From the NCBI GenBank assembly GCA_963789265.1, contig CAWBKB010000006.1:320001-384000 (forward strand): a stretch of 64,000 nt of DNA, written 5' to 3'. Shown here piece by piece: positions 10,230-20,819 of the stretch. This DNA is from an uncultured delta proteobacterium. GTDB taxonomy: Bacteria > Desulfobacterota > Desulfomonilia > Desulfomonilales > Desulfomonilaceae. Positions within the stretch are counted from its first letter, which is position 1; each line of letters starts with the position of its first letter. The position numbers and the translations under genes are program-made. The notes under the pieces were generated by a model. That model saw only the letters and a program-made list of their open reading frames with translations, was not told where the DNA came from and ran no database searches.

Positions 10230-11411
10230 TCACCTGGTTAGAATGTGGACGCACATTGCCGCGACGTCACCTCCGATTAGGCCGCCGCCGTTGTGTACCA
10301 AACCGACCCGTGCGCCTTCAACCTGGCGCTTACCGGCTCGTCCTCGCAACTGCGTCACGATTTCGTAAACCATCGCCAACCCTGTGGCTCCAACCGGGTG
10401 CCCCTTCGATTCAAGCCCTCCACTTGGGTTTATTGGAATGCTTCCTCCTATTTCGGTCCGTCCTTGATCTATGAATCTCCAAGCTTCGCCCTTCCGGCAG
10501 AAGCCGATTTCTTCGAAATAGAGCAATTCCGCTGGCGAGAATGCGCTGTGAATTTCTGCGAGGTCCACATCTTCCGGGCCGATGCCCGCGAGTTCAAAGG
10601 CTTGTCGAGCTGCCATTTGGGTTGCGCTCGGCTTCTCAACGTCGATGCGCATGTCCTGATAGCCTCCCGAAGCCATGCCTATTGCGGCTATCCGGACCGG
10701 GTCTGAACGATACCTTTTCGCAATCTCTTCAGCGCACAGGATTGCGGCGGCGGCTCCGTCACCGATAGGGGAACACATATACAGGGTAATGGGATCGGCT
10801 ATCATCTTCGAGTTCAGCACATCCTCTACGGTCAACATGTGCTGAATCTGGGCATGGGGATTGAGGCAGCCGTTCTTATGATTCTTGACCGAAACCTTTG
10901 CGAAGTGTTCTCTCGTGCAGCCTGTTTCATACATGTATCTCTTGGCGTCCATGGCGTACAGACCGGGAAAGAACACCCCCATGTTACCCTCGATTTCCAC
11001 GTCGGTGCATGTTGCGAGCGCGCGAGTGGTTTTGGCGGTGTCTCCGACGTAAAGTTTCTCGAAGCCGACGGCCAGTGCCACGTCGCAAAAGCCCGAAGCT
11101 ATCGCCAGCCACGCTTCCCTCAACGCTGTTGAGGCCGAAGCGCAAGCATTGGGAGTATTGATGATGGCTTTGCCGGCGAGCCCCGCTTCCCGCATCACTA
11201 CCTGGCCTCGTACGTCTTCCTGACCTGAGAGGAGGCCATCTACAGCATTGCCGCAGTAGATGGCCTCAATGTCTTCGGGCCGTACGCCCGCGTCCTTGAT
11301 GGCTCCCCAGGTTGCCTCACAGGCAAGATCCTTAGTCTTCCTGCCTGCATGCTTCCCAAATTTGGTCATACTGACGCCGACAATTGAAACCTGCCTGGCC
11401 AATGCACCCAT
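10230..11411 (-). CDS. Thiolase family protein (SCP-x/BbsB-like)
   Basis: NACASAS, CSPIGDGAAA, EIHSAF, SKGHPVGATG and HNGGG motifs. Confidence 0.92.
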   Translation of the reverse strand: MGALARQVSIVGVSMTKFGKHAGRKTKDLACEATWGAIKDAGVRPEDIEAIYCGNAVDGLLSGQEDVRGQVVMREAGLAGKAIINTPNACASASTALREAWLAIASGFCDVALAVGFEKLYVGDTAKTTRALATCTDVEIEGNMGVFFPGLYAMDAKRYMYETGCTREHFAKVSVKNHKNGCLNPHAQIQHMLTVEDVLNSKMIADPITLYMCSPIGDGAAAAILCAEEIAKRYRSDPVRIAAIGMASGGYQDMRIDVEKPSATQMAARQAFELAGIGPEDVDLAEIHSAFSPAELLYFEEIGFCRKGEAWRFIDQGRTEIGGSIPINPSGGLESKGHPVGATGLAMVYEIVTQLRGRAGKRQVEGARVGLVHNGGGLIGGDVAAMCVHILTR

Positions 11412-11421
11412 CTAAAACCTC

Positions 11422-11859
11422 TCAGTGTGGCTCTCCGTCTTCTCTTCGGGGCCTGAAAGCATACCCTATCAGTTCGCTCCCATCTTCCGCCCTATGGAGA
11501 GCTTGGAAGACGATTTCCATTTCCATGCCGATGTGGAGAGATTCCTCGCGCGGCTCGCATCCTGTGATTACCGAAAAGATTCTCACCTTTTCCGGTAAAT
11601 CGATCTTGCCCGTCACATAAGGTGCCTCAAATCCCGTCGGAGCCACCTGGTTGACGGAGTACGCATAGAGGGTGCCTCTCTTGCTCAAAGCGATTTCTCT
11701 TGCCGAGTCCTGCGCCAAGCAGTGGGGGCACACCAGCCGTTTGGGAAACACTATCGCATGACATTCGGAGCATTTCCCGCCTAGCAAGAATCCGCGCTCC
11801 AAGGAATCGTCCGGTAAAGCAAAGAGCCCGTCGGCAACTTTCTTGAATGTGTGAGTCAT
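11422..11859 (-). CDS. DUF35 Zn-ribbon/OB-fold acyl-CoA-binding protein
   Basis: CSEC...FPKRLVCPHC, GTLYAYS and LHIGMEMEIVF; lies immediately upstream of the thiolase. Confidence 0.9.
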   Translation of the reverse strand: MTHTFKKVADGLFALPDDSLERGFLLGGKCSECHAIVFPKRLVCPHCLAQDSAREIALSKRGTLYAYSVNQVAPTGFEAPYVTGKIDLPEKVRIFSVITGCEPREESLHIGMEMEIVFQALHRAEDGSELIGYAFRPRREDGEPH

Positions 11860-11961
11860 CTCGACCACCTTTGAGTCCTGGCTGCAAAGGATTAATTCAC
11901 CTTGTGGCATTCATGACGGAGCTGGACCGGAAGTGAATCCTGCAGGCTCAGGCCGTCTCCC

Positions 11962-13329
11962 TCAGAGTTTGTACAGTTCCTCTATGAATTTTGTCTTCTT
12001 ACTCGACCGCTCAAGGGTGTTTGGCGCCACCCAGGTAATTGCGGGCTGGATCTTCAGATACAGATGCATGTCCTCGAGGATTTCTACTTCGAGCCTAGCA
12101 AGATCTTCGCGGGCAGTGCCCTCACCATATTCCACCTTTAGCTTTAAGGGCGGAACCACCCGCGGGGGCGGCTCCTCAAGAAGGATCTTGAAGGCTCCTG
12201 TAACGCGTGGGACGAACGACTGAATGACCCCCTGAATGCCCGCGGGATAGACGGGCACACCCTTTACTTTGAGCATGTCGTCTGCACGGCCGACGACCTT
12301 GTACCGTAATCCGCTGAGGCCGCAAGGACACGGCTCGGTGAAGACCTGGTGAATATCGTTCAGAGTATAGCGGAGACTCCAGAAGAAGTGGCCGTGTTGG
12401 GGCTCAAGCGGGGTGAAGACCGCCAATCCTGTAGCCCCGTTCTCCAGAGGGATCGGTTGCTTCGTTTCGGGGTCTATTAGTTCATAGTAGCAGTAGTCAT
12501 CGGCCACCCAGTGCATGCCCTGGTACACGGGATGGTCGCACGATATTCCGTACCCGGCCCCTATATCGACCGCTTTGGCCCCGTACTCCGTCTCCAGTCG
12601 TTGTCTTACCTCGGGTATTCCAGCGCCCGGTTCGGCGCCGCATATGAGAACGCGGAATCCAAGGGAGCTGATTGGTTCTCTGAGGACCTCCTGGCTTCGT
12701 TCGATGAGGTGGAGAGCAAGCGAGGGGGTCCCGGTAAATATGGTAGGTTTGAACGCTTTGAAAAGGTGCAGCAGCCGCTCCGTTCCCGCCTCCGCGCCCA
12801 TGGGGATGATTTTTAGTCCGGGAATGCCGCGATACCAGAACATCTGGGGTGTGCCGGCCGCATGCATACTGAGCCCAAAGCAAATTGCCAGCCTGTCTCC
12901 CGGGCGAATACCCGCTCTCCAACCCATACGGCCAAAGATGTCCGCAACTCGGTCAAGGCCGCTCTTGAAAAGGGGATAAGGCGTCGGAATGCCCGTCGTT
13001 CCGGAGGTGGACGTCAGAAGGAAAAGATCGTTCCATCGCTCCGGGCCGAACAGGTCTTCATAAACCTTAGGTAAATCAAGGCCGCCTTCATCCATTGCTT
13101 CGCGGTAATCGGTTTGGCTGATGGGCGGGATAGCCCGTGCAAAATCTTCAAATGAGCGTATGTCTTCAGGTCGAACGCCGGCCCGCGCCATGCGCCTCCT
13201 TTCGAAAGGGACCTTGTCGTAGAAGAAACTGATCGCCTGAGTGAGGCTCTTCCACTGCATTTCACGCATCTGGGGAGTGTTCAGCAACAGTTCCATTTCT
13301 GGATTGAAATATGCTGAGCCTTTTTCCAT
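11962..13329 (-). CDS. Phenylacetate-CoA ligase (PaaK)-like acyl-CoA ligase
   Basis: STSGTTG, GAEPG, LRYTLND, EPCPCG and GRADDMLKVKGV motifs; ATG 13329 has a GGAGG RBS. Confidence 0.88.
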   Translation of the reverse strand: MEKGSAYFNPEMELLLNTPQMREMQWKSLTQAISFFYDKVPFERRRMARAGVRPEDIRSFEDFARAIPPISQTDYREAMDEGGLDLPKVYEDLFGPERWNDLFLLTSTSGTTGIPTPYPLFKSGLDRVADIFGRMGWRAGIRPGDRLAICFGLSMHAAGTPQMFWYRGIPGLKIIPMGAEAGTERLLHLFKAFKPTIFTGTPSLALHLIERSQEVLREPISSLGFRVLICGAEPGAGIPEVRQRLETEYGAKAVDIGAGYGISCDHPVYQGMHWVADDYCYYELIDPETKQPIPLENGATGLAVFTPLEPQHGHFFWSLRYTLNDIHQVFTEPCPCGLSGLRYKVVGRADDMLKVKGVPVYPAGIQGVIQSFVPRVTGAFKILLEEPPPRVVPPLKLKVEYGEGTAREDLARLEVEILEDMHLYLKIQPAITWVAPNTLERSSKKTKFIEELYKL

Positions 13330-13402
13330 GCTTTCCTCCAGGAGCCCTAGAACCCTGCCGTCAATACCAGAAGGGAATGTTCGGTCGACTCCACGCTGGA
13401 AA

Positions 13403-13418
13403 TGCAATGCGTGTGCCA
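13403..13418 (-). promoter_or_regulatory. Sigma54 (-24/-12) promoter for the ligase operon
   Basis: The minus strand reads TGGCACACGCATTGCA (GG-N10-GC, near consensus), 74 nt before the ligase ATG and next to a bEBP gene. Confidence 0.85.
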
Positions 13419-13890
13419 TAGACGTACCGGTCATGTCATAAAGCGTAGTCCGGGCTACAACGTGCCTTCATAGAATTGACCAATCAGGCCACCATTGCCG
13501 ATTTTATGTCGATCAAGTAAATTGGCGGTGACCGCCGGTAAGGTCACGGTTTACCCCGGCCGAGAGCTTAGTCGCAATTTGAAGGGGGATGGATTTGAGT
13601 TCCAGACAGATGGTTAAATGCAGGTGCTCGATCAGGCCGGCATGGCCTTCTCCCTCTTCCGGACCTCCTCGCGAGCGGAGGCCGACGATGGAGGGCAAGG
13701 CCAGGTAGGTAAAGTGGTCGGATGGGCGCTCATCGGAAAGTGAGGACTAGTGGGAACTAATCTGTATTTCGTGTTCCAACATCAAATGCTGTTTCTTGGA
13801 GCGCCCGATTCGTGGATCGAAGGGATGGTCAATTTGCAAGATTGCGAGAGGTTTTGCAGAGTTGCGAAATTCCTGGAATGTCAATGCTTT

Positions 13891-15282
13891 TCATCCTTTG
13901 AAAGATATTCCCAAGGCATTGAGTTTCCTATAGATCGTTGACACATGAACGCCGCTCCGTTCCGCGGCCTGAGACAAGTCTCCACTGGTTTCCTCCAGCA
14001 ATCTGGAAAAATACCGCTCCTCGAAAAGCTTCTTGGCAAGTTCGTAGGTCGTATGAAAGAGATCTTCCTCTTTGCTCTCCCCCTTGTCCTGGGTATACTT
14101 CGATAGATCGCGTGCAGTGACTACGTCTTCAGCATGCAGAGCCACAATCCTTTCGACGAGATTCTTAAGTTCGCGGACATTGCCCGGCCAGCTCCGTCTG
14201 AGAAGACAAGACTCGGCTTCATCAGTGAGCACTTTCTTGTCCACCCCCATTCTCTTGCAAGTTTTGTCAAAGAAATGCCTTGCGAGAATGGGAATATCTT
14301 CCTTTCTTTCCCTGAGAGGAGGGAGAGTGACTTTTATAACGTTGATTCTATAATAAAGGTCTCTTCTGAATCGTCCCTCAAGGACTTCTTGTCCCAGATC
14401 CTTGTTCGTGGCGAAGATTAGCCGCACGTCGGTGGCGATTCGTTTCGTGCTGCCCACCCGGTATATTTCCCCGTCCTCCACTGCCCTTAGGATCTTAGTT
14501 TGAACACTCATAGGGGCGTCACCGATTTCGTCAAGAAACAGCGTGCCTCCTTGGGCTTCCTCGAAAAAGCCGCGGGTTACTCGCGAAGCCCCTGTGAATG
14601 CTCCCTTCTCGTAGCCAAACAACGCGCTTTCCAGGAGCGACTCAGGCAGAGCAGCACAGTTGATGGGAATGAACGCTTTTGCACTCCTGTCGCTCAGCGC
14701 ATGAGTGGCCTCGGCAACCAGCTCCTTACCCGTTCCGCTTTCACCTTCTATGAGGATATGACTGCCCACGACGGCGACTTTCCTGATTATCTCGAGCACG
14801 TGCTGCATGGCCGTGGAAGTGCCTATAATATTTTGGACGACCCTGCGGGAGTGGAGCTGTGTCTTGAGCAACCGGTTTTCGTCGACTAGACGACGGTGTT
14901 CCAGGGCATTCTTGATAGAGATTTTGATCTTGTGAACGTCGTCAAACGGTTTTGTAAAGAAATCAAAGGCTCCCGTTTTCATAGCGCTTACAGCATCGTC
15001 AATTGATCCGTAAGCCGTGATCATGATGACCGGTGTGAGATAATTTTGGGACCGGATAATTTTCAGCAATTCAAGTCCGTTTCCGTCAGGAAGGCGGACA
15101 TCCAGGATGATCAGGTCAGGCGGTCCTTCCGAGTTCAGGTAGTCTGTGAAGGCTCGCGAGGTGTCAACCGAGACGTAGCCGTACCCTTCGCCTTGGAGGA
15201 CTGTCTCAAAATAACGCCTCGTAAAAGGCTCGTCGTCTACAACAAGCACTCTAGGAGAAGGTGCCTGGTCAACAGTGCTCAT
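13891..15282 (-). CDS. Sigma54-dependent response regulator (NtrC/AtoC family)
   Basis: REC domain, [29 protein letters not shown] and a C-terminal Fis-type HTH. Confidence 0.95.
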   Translation of the reverse strand: MSTVDQAPSPRVLVVDDEPFTRRYFETVLQGEGYGYVSVDTSRAFTDYLNSEGPPDLIILDVRLPDGNGLELLKIIRSQNYLTPVIMITAYGSIDDAVSAMKTGAFDFFTKPFDDVHKIKISIKNALEHRRLVDENRLLKTQLHSRRVVQNIIGTSTAMQHVLEIIRKVAVVGSHILIEGESGTGKELVAEATHALSDRSAKAFIPINCAALPESLLESALFGYEKGAFTGASRVTRGFFEEAQGGTLFLDEIGDAPMSVQTKILRAVEDGEIYRVGSTKRIATDVRLIFATNKDLGQEVLEGRFRRDLYYRINVIKVTLPPLRERKEDIPILARHFFDKTCKRMGVDKKVLTDEAESCLLRRSWPGNVRELKNLVERIVALHAEDVVTARDLSKYTQDKGESKEEDLFHTTYELAKKLFEERYFSRLLEETSGDLSQAAERSGVHVSTIYRKLNALGISFKG

Positions 15283-16761
15283 TTGTCTTGCCTCTCATGC
15301 CAGCTTGGCAAGGTGATGAGAAAGGTGGTGCCGGCACTTTCCGACGAAACGACAGAGATCTCTCCTGAATGGCTCTTAATAACCCGGTAAGCGAAGCTGA
15401 GCCCTAAGCCCGCCCCCGAGCCTTTTTTGGTCGAGAAGAAGGGGTCAAAAATCCTTTCCCGGTTCTCACTTGGAATACCGATACCCGTGTCAGACACAGA
15501 AATCCTGATTTTTTGTCGGATTGTGTCGACACCAGCCTCGACAGTCAAGGTCCCACCTTCGGGCATTGCCTGCACAGCGTTGACAAGTACGTTTCTGAAG
15601 GCTTCCCGGAGTTGCAGAGAGTCCCCTCTAAGTGCGGGAAGAGAGTCATCCAATGCTTTGATTAATCTCACCCGGCTGAACCGGTCTCTCTGCTCATTGA
15701 GAGCAACTTCCAGCGCGCTTTCGAGGATCTCGCGCAGGTCTACTGTGTGAAACGTGCTTCTCGGTTCCCGCAGGCTCTTAATCATGGTCGCAAGCATCGT
15801 ATGGCACTTGCGGGCAGCCTCGTGGATCGTGTCCACAAGAGCTCTGTTTGGATCCTGTGGATTCATCCTTTCCAACAGGAGATAAGAGAAGTTAGCCACG
15901 CCTACCAGCGGGTTGTTCAACTGGTGTGCTATTCCGGCCATCAGCTCGGAGTAGATAGCGAGCTTCTCAGACAAGGCGAGTTTTTCTTCCATGGCCCTTT
16001 CCCACGTCATGTCAGTCAAAAGGAACAATTTCGCCTGCACCTGGTCGTTTTTTCCCAGGATGTCTCTCACGTACATCCGCGCGGGGAAAGGCTCACCGTT
16101 TTCGCGTTCGCAAGTCACTTCTACCGGTTCTCCACTGAGAGCGATGGATAACCACAGGTCCAGTTTCGGAGGCTCTTTGAGGGTAAACGACACATGTCGG
16201 CCCACAAAATACTCCCGACCATATAGAAATGCCTCCTCGGCGGTCTTGTTAGCCGATTGTATGATGCCACTCTGGTCGGTGGTGATGACGACATTGGGCG
16301 AGGAATCAATCAAATTTGTCAGAAAGTTGTTGGACTCGGCCAATTGGCGGGAGAGTTCCTGGATGTCTCTCTTGTCTTGCTGCATTTCGCTGGAGACGTC
16401 GTGCATGAGCACGAAACCAGCTTTCCCGGAGAGTGCTGCACCCCGAGAAAGTGCTGATACCTTCTCGTCATAGTACCTGAGGATACACTTCATGTACGGT
16501 CGATTGAAACGGTTTCTCGTTTTGTAGCAGTTGCCAATAGTCACCCATGATGCCCTGCTCGAAAAGCCTGTCCCACTTCTCGTGGAAATAGCTTCCAAGG
16601 ACCATTTCCCGCCTGATTCTGGAAATTTCCTCTTGCCACCGATTCATCATGAGGATTCTTCCCTCTGAGTCAGTAACTATGATACCCGTTGGGATGTTTT
16701 CGATAATGTTTTCGAGGAAAGCGATCCGTGCTCGAAGATCGTCTATAGTTCTCTTGCTCAT
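15279..16761 (-). CDS. Cytoplasmic PAS-PAS sensor histidine kinase; frameshift at ~16476
   Basis: PAS ORF 16468..16761 joins the 15279.. frame on removing one base (YPQ/YYDEK). H-box GIAHQLNNPL, NAVQAM, DTGIGI and FFSTK...GLGL; no transmembrane segment seen. Confidence 0.88.
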
Positions 16762-16840
16762 GAAAGGATCCCTCACTCGTAGGCATCACGGCAAATCGAT
16801 GGCGAACTAAACACAAACAGCTCAACCCGGTCCTGACAGG

Positions 16841-16856
16841 TGCAACATGTAGGCCA
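16841..16856 (-). promoter_or_regulatory. Sigma54 promoter upstream of the kinase-regulator pair
   Basis: The minus strand reads TGGCCTACATGTTGCA (GG-N10-GC), 80 nt before the kinase ATG. Confidence 0.65.
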
Positions 16857-17320
16857 GTCGATCGCCATGCTGGTTTCTCATAGCCGGAGAGAGATCTGCC
16901 TATCGTCGTACAAGGGAATCGACCCGCAGATGCAAACCATGTTTCCGGGACCATACTACAGGCATTAGAGTGCGGGCAAGGTTACGAAGATCGCTCTCGA
17001 ACAGTTTGTGGGCCTGAGCGCTTTCGATCACGTGCAATCAACATGAGCCTGCCCGGCTTTGAAGTTCAATTAACGGTCATACCTCAGAGGAGGCCTCCAG
17101 TAGACCGCGATAGCGGCTTGTGGGCCTGGAATTGGCGCCTTGGGTAAAGGGAATCGGGGCTAAACGATAAAGGCAACCGGGGTATTGCAGGGACCTTGGA
17201 GGCAATGACTGCTGGATTCGTCAGAATCATACTGTTATGCTTGTGCTGGACGGTTAATGGTCCTTACGGCTGCCAGATTAATTTCGCCTAAGAATCCGAT
17301 TCGATGAGTGAGACGTCACG

Positions 17321-18028
17321 TTGAGACGACGAAATAAGAAACCGACCAACTGGTGGACGGGGCGCGTGCGATCTGCGGACGTGGGAGCAAGACTCCGACT
17401 AGTGCCTTATTGGGAAAGAGGGGTCACCAAATCCGACCGGATTGAGCTAATTATTGATCCTGGCCCGTCCTTTGGTGCAGGCGATCACCCCACCACCGTC
17501 ATGGCTCTCGAACTACTGGAAGTTGCGATAAGCGCAGTAAAAGATCGGGGAAACTCAGCTACCATGCTGGATGTGGGCACAGGCACCGGGGTTCTTGCCA
17601 TTGCTGGCATAGCGCTCGGTGCACGCCTGGCCATCGGGCTCGACGTCGATCCCGCGGCCGTGTTTGTTGCGCGGCGCAACGTCGCTCTGAATAGCGCTTC
17701 TAATCTGATGCCCGAAGGGGCCGACTCTTCCATCCACATGTTCGTGGGTGAATCTGAGGCCGTCAAGGGCCGTTTCGACATTGTTATCGCGAACCTGGCG
17801 GCTCCGACACTCCTGAACGTCCTCGACAGCATTGCAGCCGCGGCCCACCCATTTGTGATTTTATCCGGTATTGCAGACGCGATGGCAGAGGAGGTTGTCC
17901 GAAGCTACAGTGCAGCAGGCTGCAGACCTACAATCTTCAGACAACGTGACGGGTGGAATGCGGTGCTGTTCAAGAAGAGCGGTTTCACGGAGCCCGTGGC
18001 GGAAATAAGTGCTCCAGGACCGGACTGA
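17321..18028 (+). CDS. PrmA-like (L11 methyltransferase family) class I SAM methyltransferase, short form; start uncertain
   Basis: IIDPGPSFGAGDHPTT, LDVGTGTGVLAI, FDIVIANL, ILSGI and DGW motifs. Confidence 0.8.
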   Translation: MRRRNKKPTNWWTGRVRSADVGARLRLVPYWERGVTKSDRIELIIDPGPSFGAGDHPTTVMALELLEVAISAVKDRGNSATMLDVGTGTGVLAIAGIALGARLAIGLDVDPAAVFVARRNVALNSASNLMPEGADSSIHMFVGESEAVKGRFDIVIANLAAPTLLNVLDSIAAAAHPFVILSGIADAMAEEVVRSYSAAGCRPTIFRQRDGWNAVLFKKSGFTEPVAEISAPGPD

Positions 18029-18056
18029 ATCAAGGGGCTCTTCAAAATACAAATCG

Positions 18057-18090
18057 AGAAGGGAGGGAACATGTGGCCCCTCCTTCCTCG
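18057..18090. terminator. Possible terminator hairpin between the converging methyltransferase and dsrD genes
   Basis: Imperfect inverted repeat gaagggaggg...ccctccttc. Confidence 0.4.
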
Positions 18091-18136
18091 ATTCAGTGAC
18101 CGAAAACGCTATACTAAGGCAGGGAAATGGAGATCG

Positions 18137-18373
18137 TCAGTCTTCTTCAGTATGCTGCTTGCCCATGCCTTTGAGTCCAATGAGAGTCGTGCTTCCGCTG
18201 GACCAATATTCCAGAGTGCCTTCCTGGACCATCTTGTTGACTATGTTCTTCACTTCCCGTGGCTTCATGTCAGTCACAATCGCGTAGAAGTCCTTCAGAT
18301 AGAACTTCGACTTGGCTTTGGATTTCCCTTGCAGGGTTTCCAATATCAGTTTCTTGGCTTCATCTTCGGTCAT
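18137..18373 (-). CDS. dsrD: Dissimilatory sulfite reductase protein D
   Basis: KSKFYLKDF and LEYWSSGSTT motifs; lies directly after dsrB. Confidence 0.95.
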   Translation of the reverse strand: MTEDEAKKLILETLQGKSKAKSKFYLKDFYAIVTDMKPREVKNIVNKMVQEGTLEYWSSGSTTLIGLKGMGKQHTEED

Positions 18374-18394
18374 GGAAAAACTCCTCTTGACCAG

Positions 18395-19513
18395 TTAGTA
18401 CTTGAACTGAGTCGACTGCCGCCACGTGGTATAAGCGAATCTGTAGTCGTCGATCAGGTGATGGGTGAAGGGTATATTGGTCTTCCCGAAAAATCTCTCC
18501 CAGCCAATCCGTTCCGCCCAATCTCCCAGACGCTCATACTTGCGCGCATCCTTGGCGTACACGTCGACTATGTTCTTTACCGCTTGAACCGTAGTCGGCC
18601 AACGAGGGGGCTCGTTGGGGATGAATGGAATGACGACCTTGGAGAACTTCGGTTTGCTTTTCCTGTTGGAGAGCTTGCCACCGACAAGAATTGCTATTCC
18701 ACTTCCAAGCTCGTCTGCAAGGGGCATTGCCGCGCACATGGTATAGCAGTTTCCACAGAACATGCAACGGTCCGCATTGACTTCAAGGGACTTGAGGCCG
18801 GTTTCGGTCTTTGCGGGCTTGATGGCCGCAGTGGGACAGGCGGCTATTGCAAGCGGAAGCTCGCACAGTTTATCGATCCACTGATGGTCTACCATAGGGG
18901 GCTTGCGGTGAATTCCCAGGATGGCTATGTCCGAGCAATGGACCGCTCCACACATGTTCAAGCAGCACGCCAACGAAACCCTGACAGGGGCAGGAAGTCG
19001 CATCTGGCCGAACTCGTCATAGAGGCCATCCATGACTGCTTTGACCACGCCGGAAGCATCAATCGCGGGCGTGTGGCAGTGAGCCCATCCCTGAGTATGA
19101 ACGATGTTGGTAATACCCGCGCCGGTTCCGCCAATCGGGAACTTGTTTGAACCCGCGGCGAATTTCCTGCTCTTGAGGTCATCCAAAAGGGGCTTGACCT
19201 TGCTTTTGTTGTCCACCATGAACTCGATGTTATTCCTGGTAGTGAACCTCAGATAGCCGTCGCAGTGTTTGTCTGCGATTTCGCAGATCTCACGGAGATG
19301 CTCGATGCTCATGAGTCGGCACCCGCCCACGCGAACGGTATAGACTTCATCGCCACTCTCGGCCACGTGAACGAGCACGCCTGGCTCCAGGATTTCATGG
19401 TAGAGCCACTTGCCGAAATTTTTCTTGATTACGGGCGACAGGAAGTCCCTGAAATATCTCGGTCCTATATCAGTAATTCTATCCTTTTGCGGATCTGCAG
19501 GATCGTAAGGCAT
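18395..19513 (-). CDS. dsrB: Dissimilatory sulfite reductase beta subunit
   Basis: [44 protein letters not shown] and NEPPRWP motifs. Confidence 0.98.
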   Translation of the reverse strand: MPYDPADPQKDRITDIGPRYFRDFLSPVIKKNFGKWLYHEILEPGVLVHVAESGDEVYTVRVGGCRLMSIEHLREICEIADKHCDGYLRFTTRNNIEFMVDNKSKVKPLLDDLKSRKFAAGSNKFPIGGTGAGITNIVHTQGWAHCHTPAIDASGVVKAVMDGLYDEFGQMRLPAPVRVSLACCLNMCGAVHCSDIAILGIHRKPPMVDHQWIDKLCELPLAIAACPTAAIKPAKTETGLKSLEVNADRCMFCGNCYTMCAAMPLADELGSGIAILVGGKLSNRKSKPKFSKVVIPFIPNEPPRWPTTVQAVKNIVDVYAKDARKYERLGDWAERIGWERFFGKTNIPFTHHLIDDYRFAYTTWRQSTQFKY

Positions 19514-19528
19514 ATTTTCAACCTCCTG

Positions 19529-20819
19529 TTATCTCTGGTGTTTCTTGCGGTAGTCTTCGATGTCACGCGTCCAGCCGCCTTCAACCTCTTCTTCTTTCCA
19601 GAAGATGTACGGGTTGGATCTCGGCTCGTCGACCATTCTCGGGTCAGGGTCGAGCTCTACTACGCGCAAGAACTCTTGCATACTCTTACGCTGGATAAGC
19701 TCACCGAGCCGTTCGCGGTTCTTACCTTCTTCCATCCACCAGTCCCACACCTTTTCGATTAGATCTTTGAGCTCACTGAAGGGAGGTTCCATCTTCATGA
19801 ATGGGACGGTCAAAGTGGACATCTGAGCGCCTTCCAAAATCGGGGCTTTGGCGCCAAAGAGGATTGACGCACCAGTGTCCTGCCCGATTCTCAGGGCTCG
19901 CGGCATAGTGTTCAGGCAGTGCATGCAGCGAGTGCACTCTTTGTTATTGATTTCGAGCTTGCTGCCATCCCAGCTCATGCAGTCGGTTCGGGCAAAGATC
20001 GATCACTTCTTTCTGAATGTCAAACTTGCCCCAGTCTCGTCCTGAGTGGGCACCGGCGTTGGGTTTGAGCTCCCCGCCAACGTAAGCTTTAGCGGCCGCC
20101 TGGTCAATACGGATGTCATCCCGCCAGGTTCCGATGACTGACATGTCAGACCGAGCTATCGATGCCACGCATCCATTGGGGCAACCATCAAACTTGAACT
20201 TGAACTTGTAAGGGAATGCGGGGCGGTGCAGTTCGTCCTGGTACTCGTTGGTCATCGTGTGACAGCATTCCTGAGTGTCGAAGCAGGCGAACTGGCACCT
20301 GGACATTCCCAGGCAGCATTCAGGAGTTCTCAGGTTCGATCCTGAACCACCAAGGTCCTGATTCAAATCGTGAGTTAGATCGTAGAAGAGAGGTTCAAGA
20401 TTATCCGTCTTGGTCCCCAGGAAGACGATGTCTCCAGTGGAGCCGTGCATGTTGGTTAGGCCGCTGCCGTGTCGTTCCCAGAGATCGCACAGCCCGCGCA
20501 GAAATTCTGTGGTGTAATACTTACTCGACGGCTGGTTTACACGAACTGTGTGAAAATGGGCGACACCGGGGAAATTTTGAGGCTGGTCGCAGTATCTGCC
20601 GATAATACCTCCGCCGTACCCGAACACGCCGACTATTCCACCATGCTTCCAGTGGGTAACTTTGTCCTCGTACGAAAGTTCCATGACACCAAGGAGGTCA
20701 TCCGGCGCCTCCTTCAACGCATGTTTGCCTTTCTCCACCTGCTGCTTGATGTCCGAGACGAAACTTGGCCATGGGCCCTTTTCCAGTTCATCAAGCATGG
20801 GGGTGTTGTGTTTTCCCAT
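19529..20819 (-). CDS. dsrA: Dissimilatory sulfite reductase alpha subunit; one extra base at ~19987
   Basis: [31 protein letters not shown] and FDGCPNGC; continues as [10 protein letters not shown]...CTRCMHC...PRSNPYIFW in ORF 19529..19978. Confidence 0.97.

Noticed and set aside
13330..13434. 35-aa N-terminal extension of the CoA ligase in the ORF track
   Set aside because: It contains the sigma54 promoter, and the downstream ATG at 13329 has a GGAGG RBS.
16468..16761. Stand-alone PAS protein, or Sec read-through at its TGA
   Set aside because: The continuation is in a different frame; removing one base gives a single PAS-PAS kinase.
18071..19150. 359-aa plus-strand ORF
   Set aside because: Antisense shadow of dsrB/dsrD with no recognisable motifs; the same applies to most short overlapping ORFs in the track.
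19529..20819. Split or pseudogenised dsrA, or programmed frameshifting
   Set aside because: A single extra A with no slippery heptamer; both halves are fully conserved, and the same error type recurs across the window.
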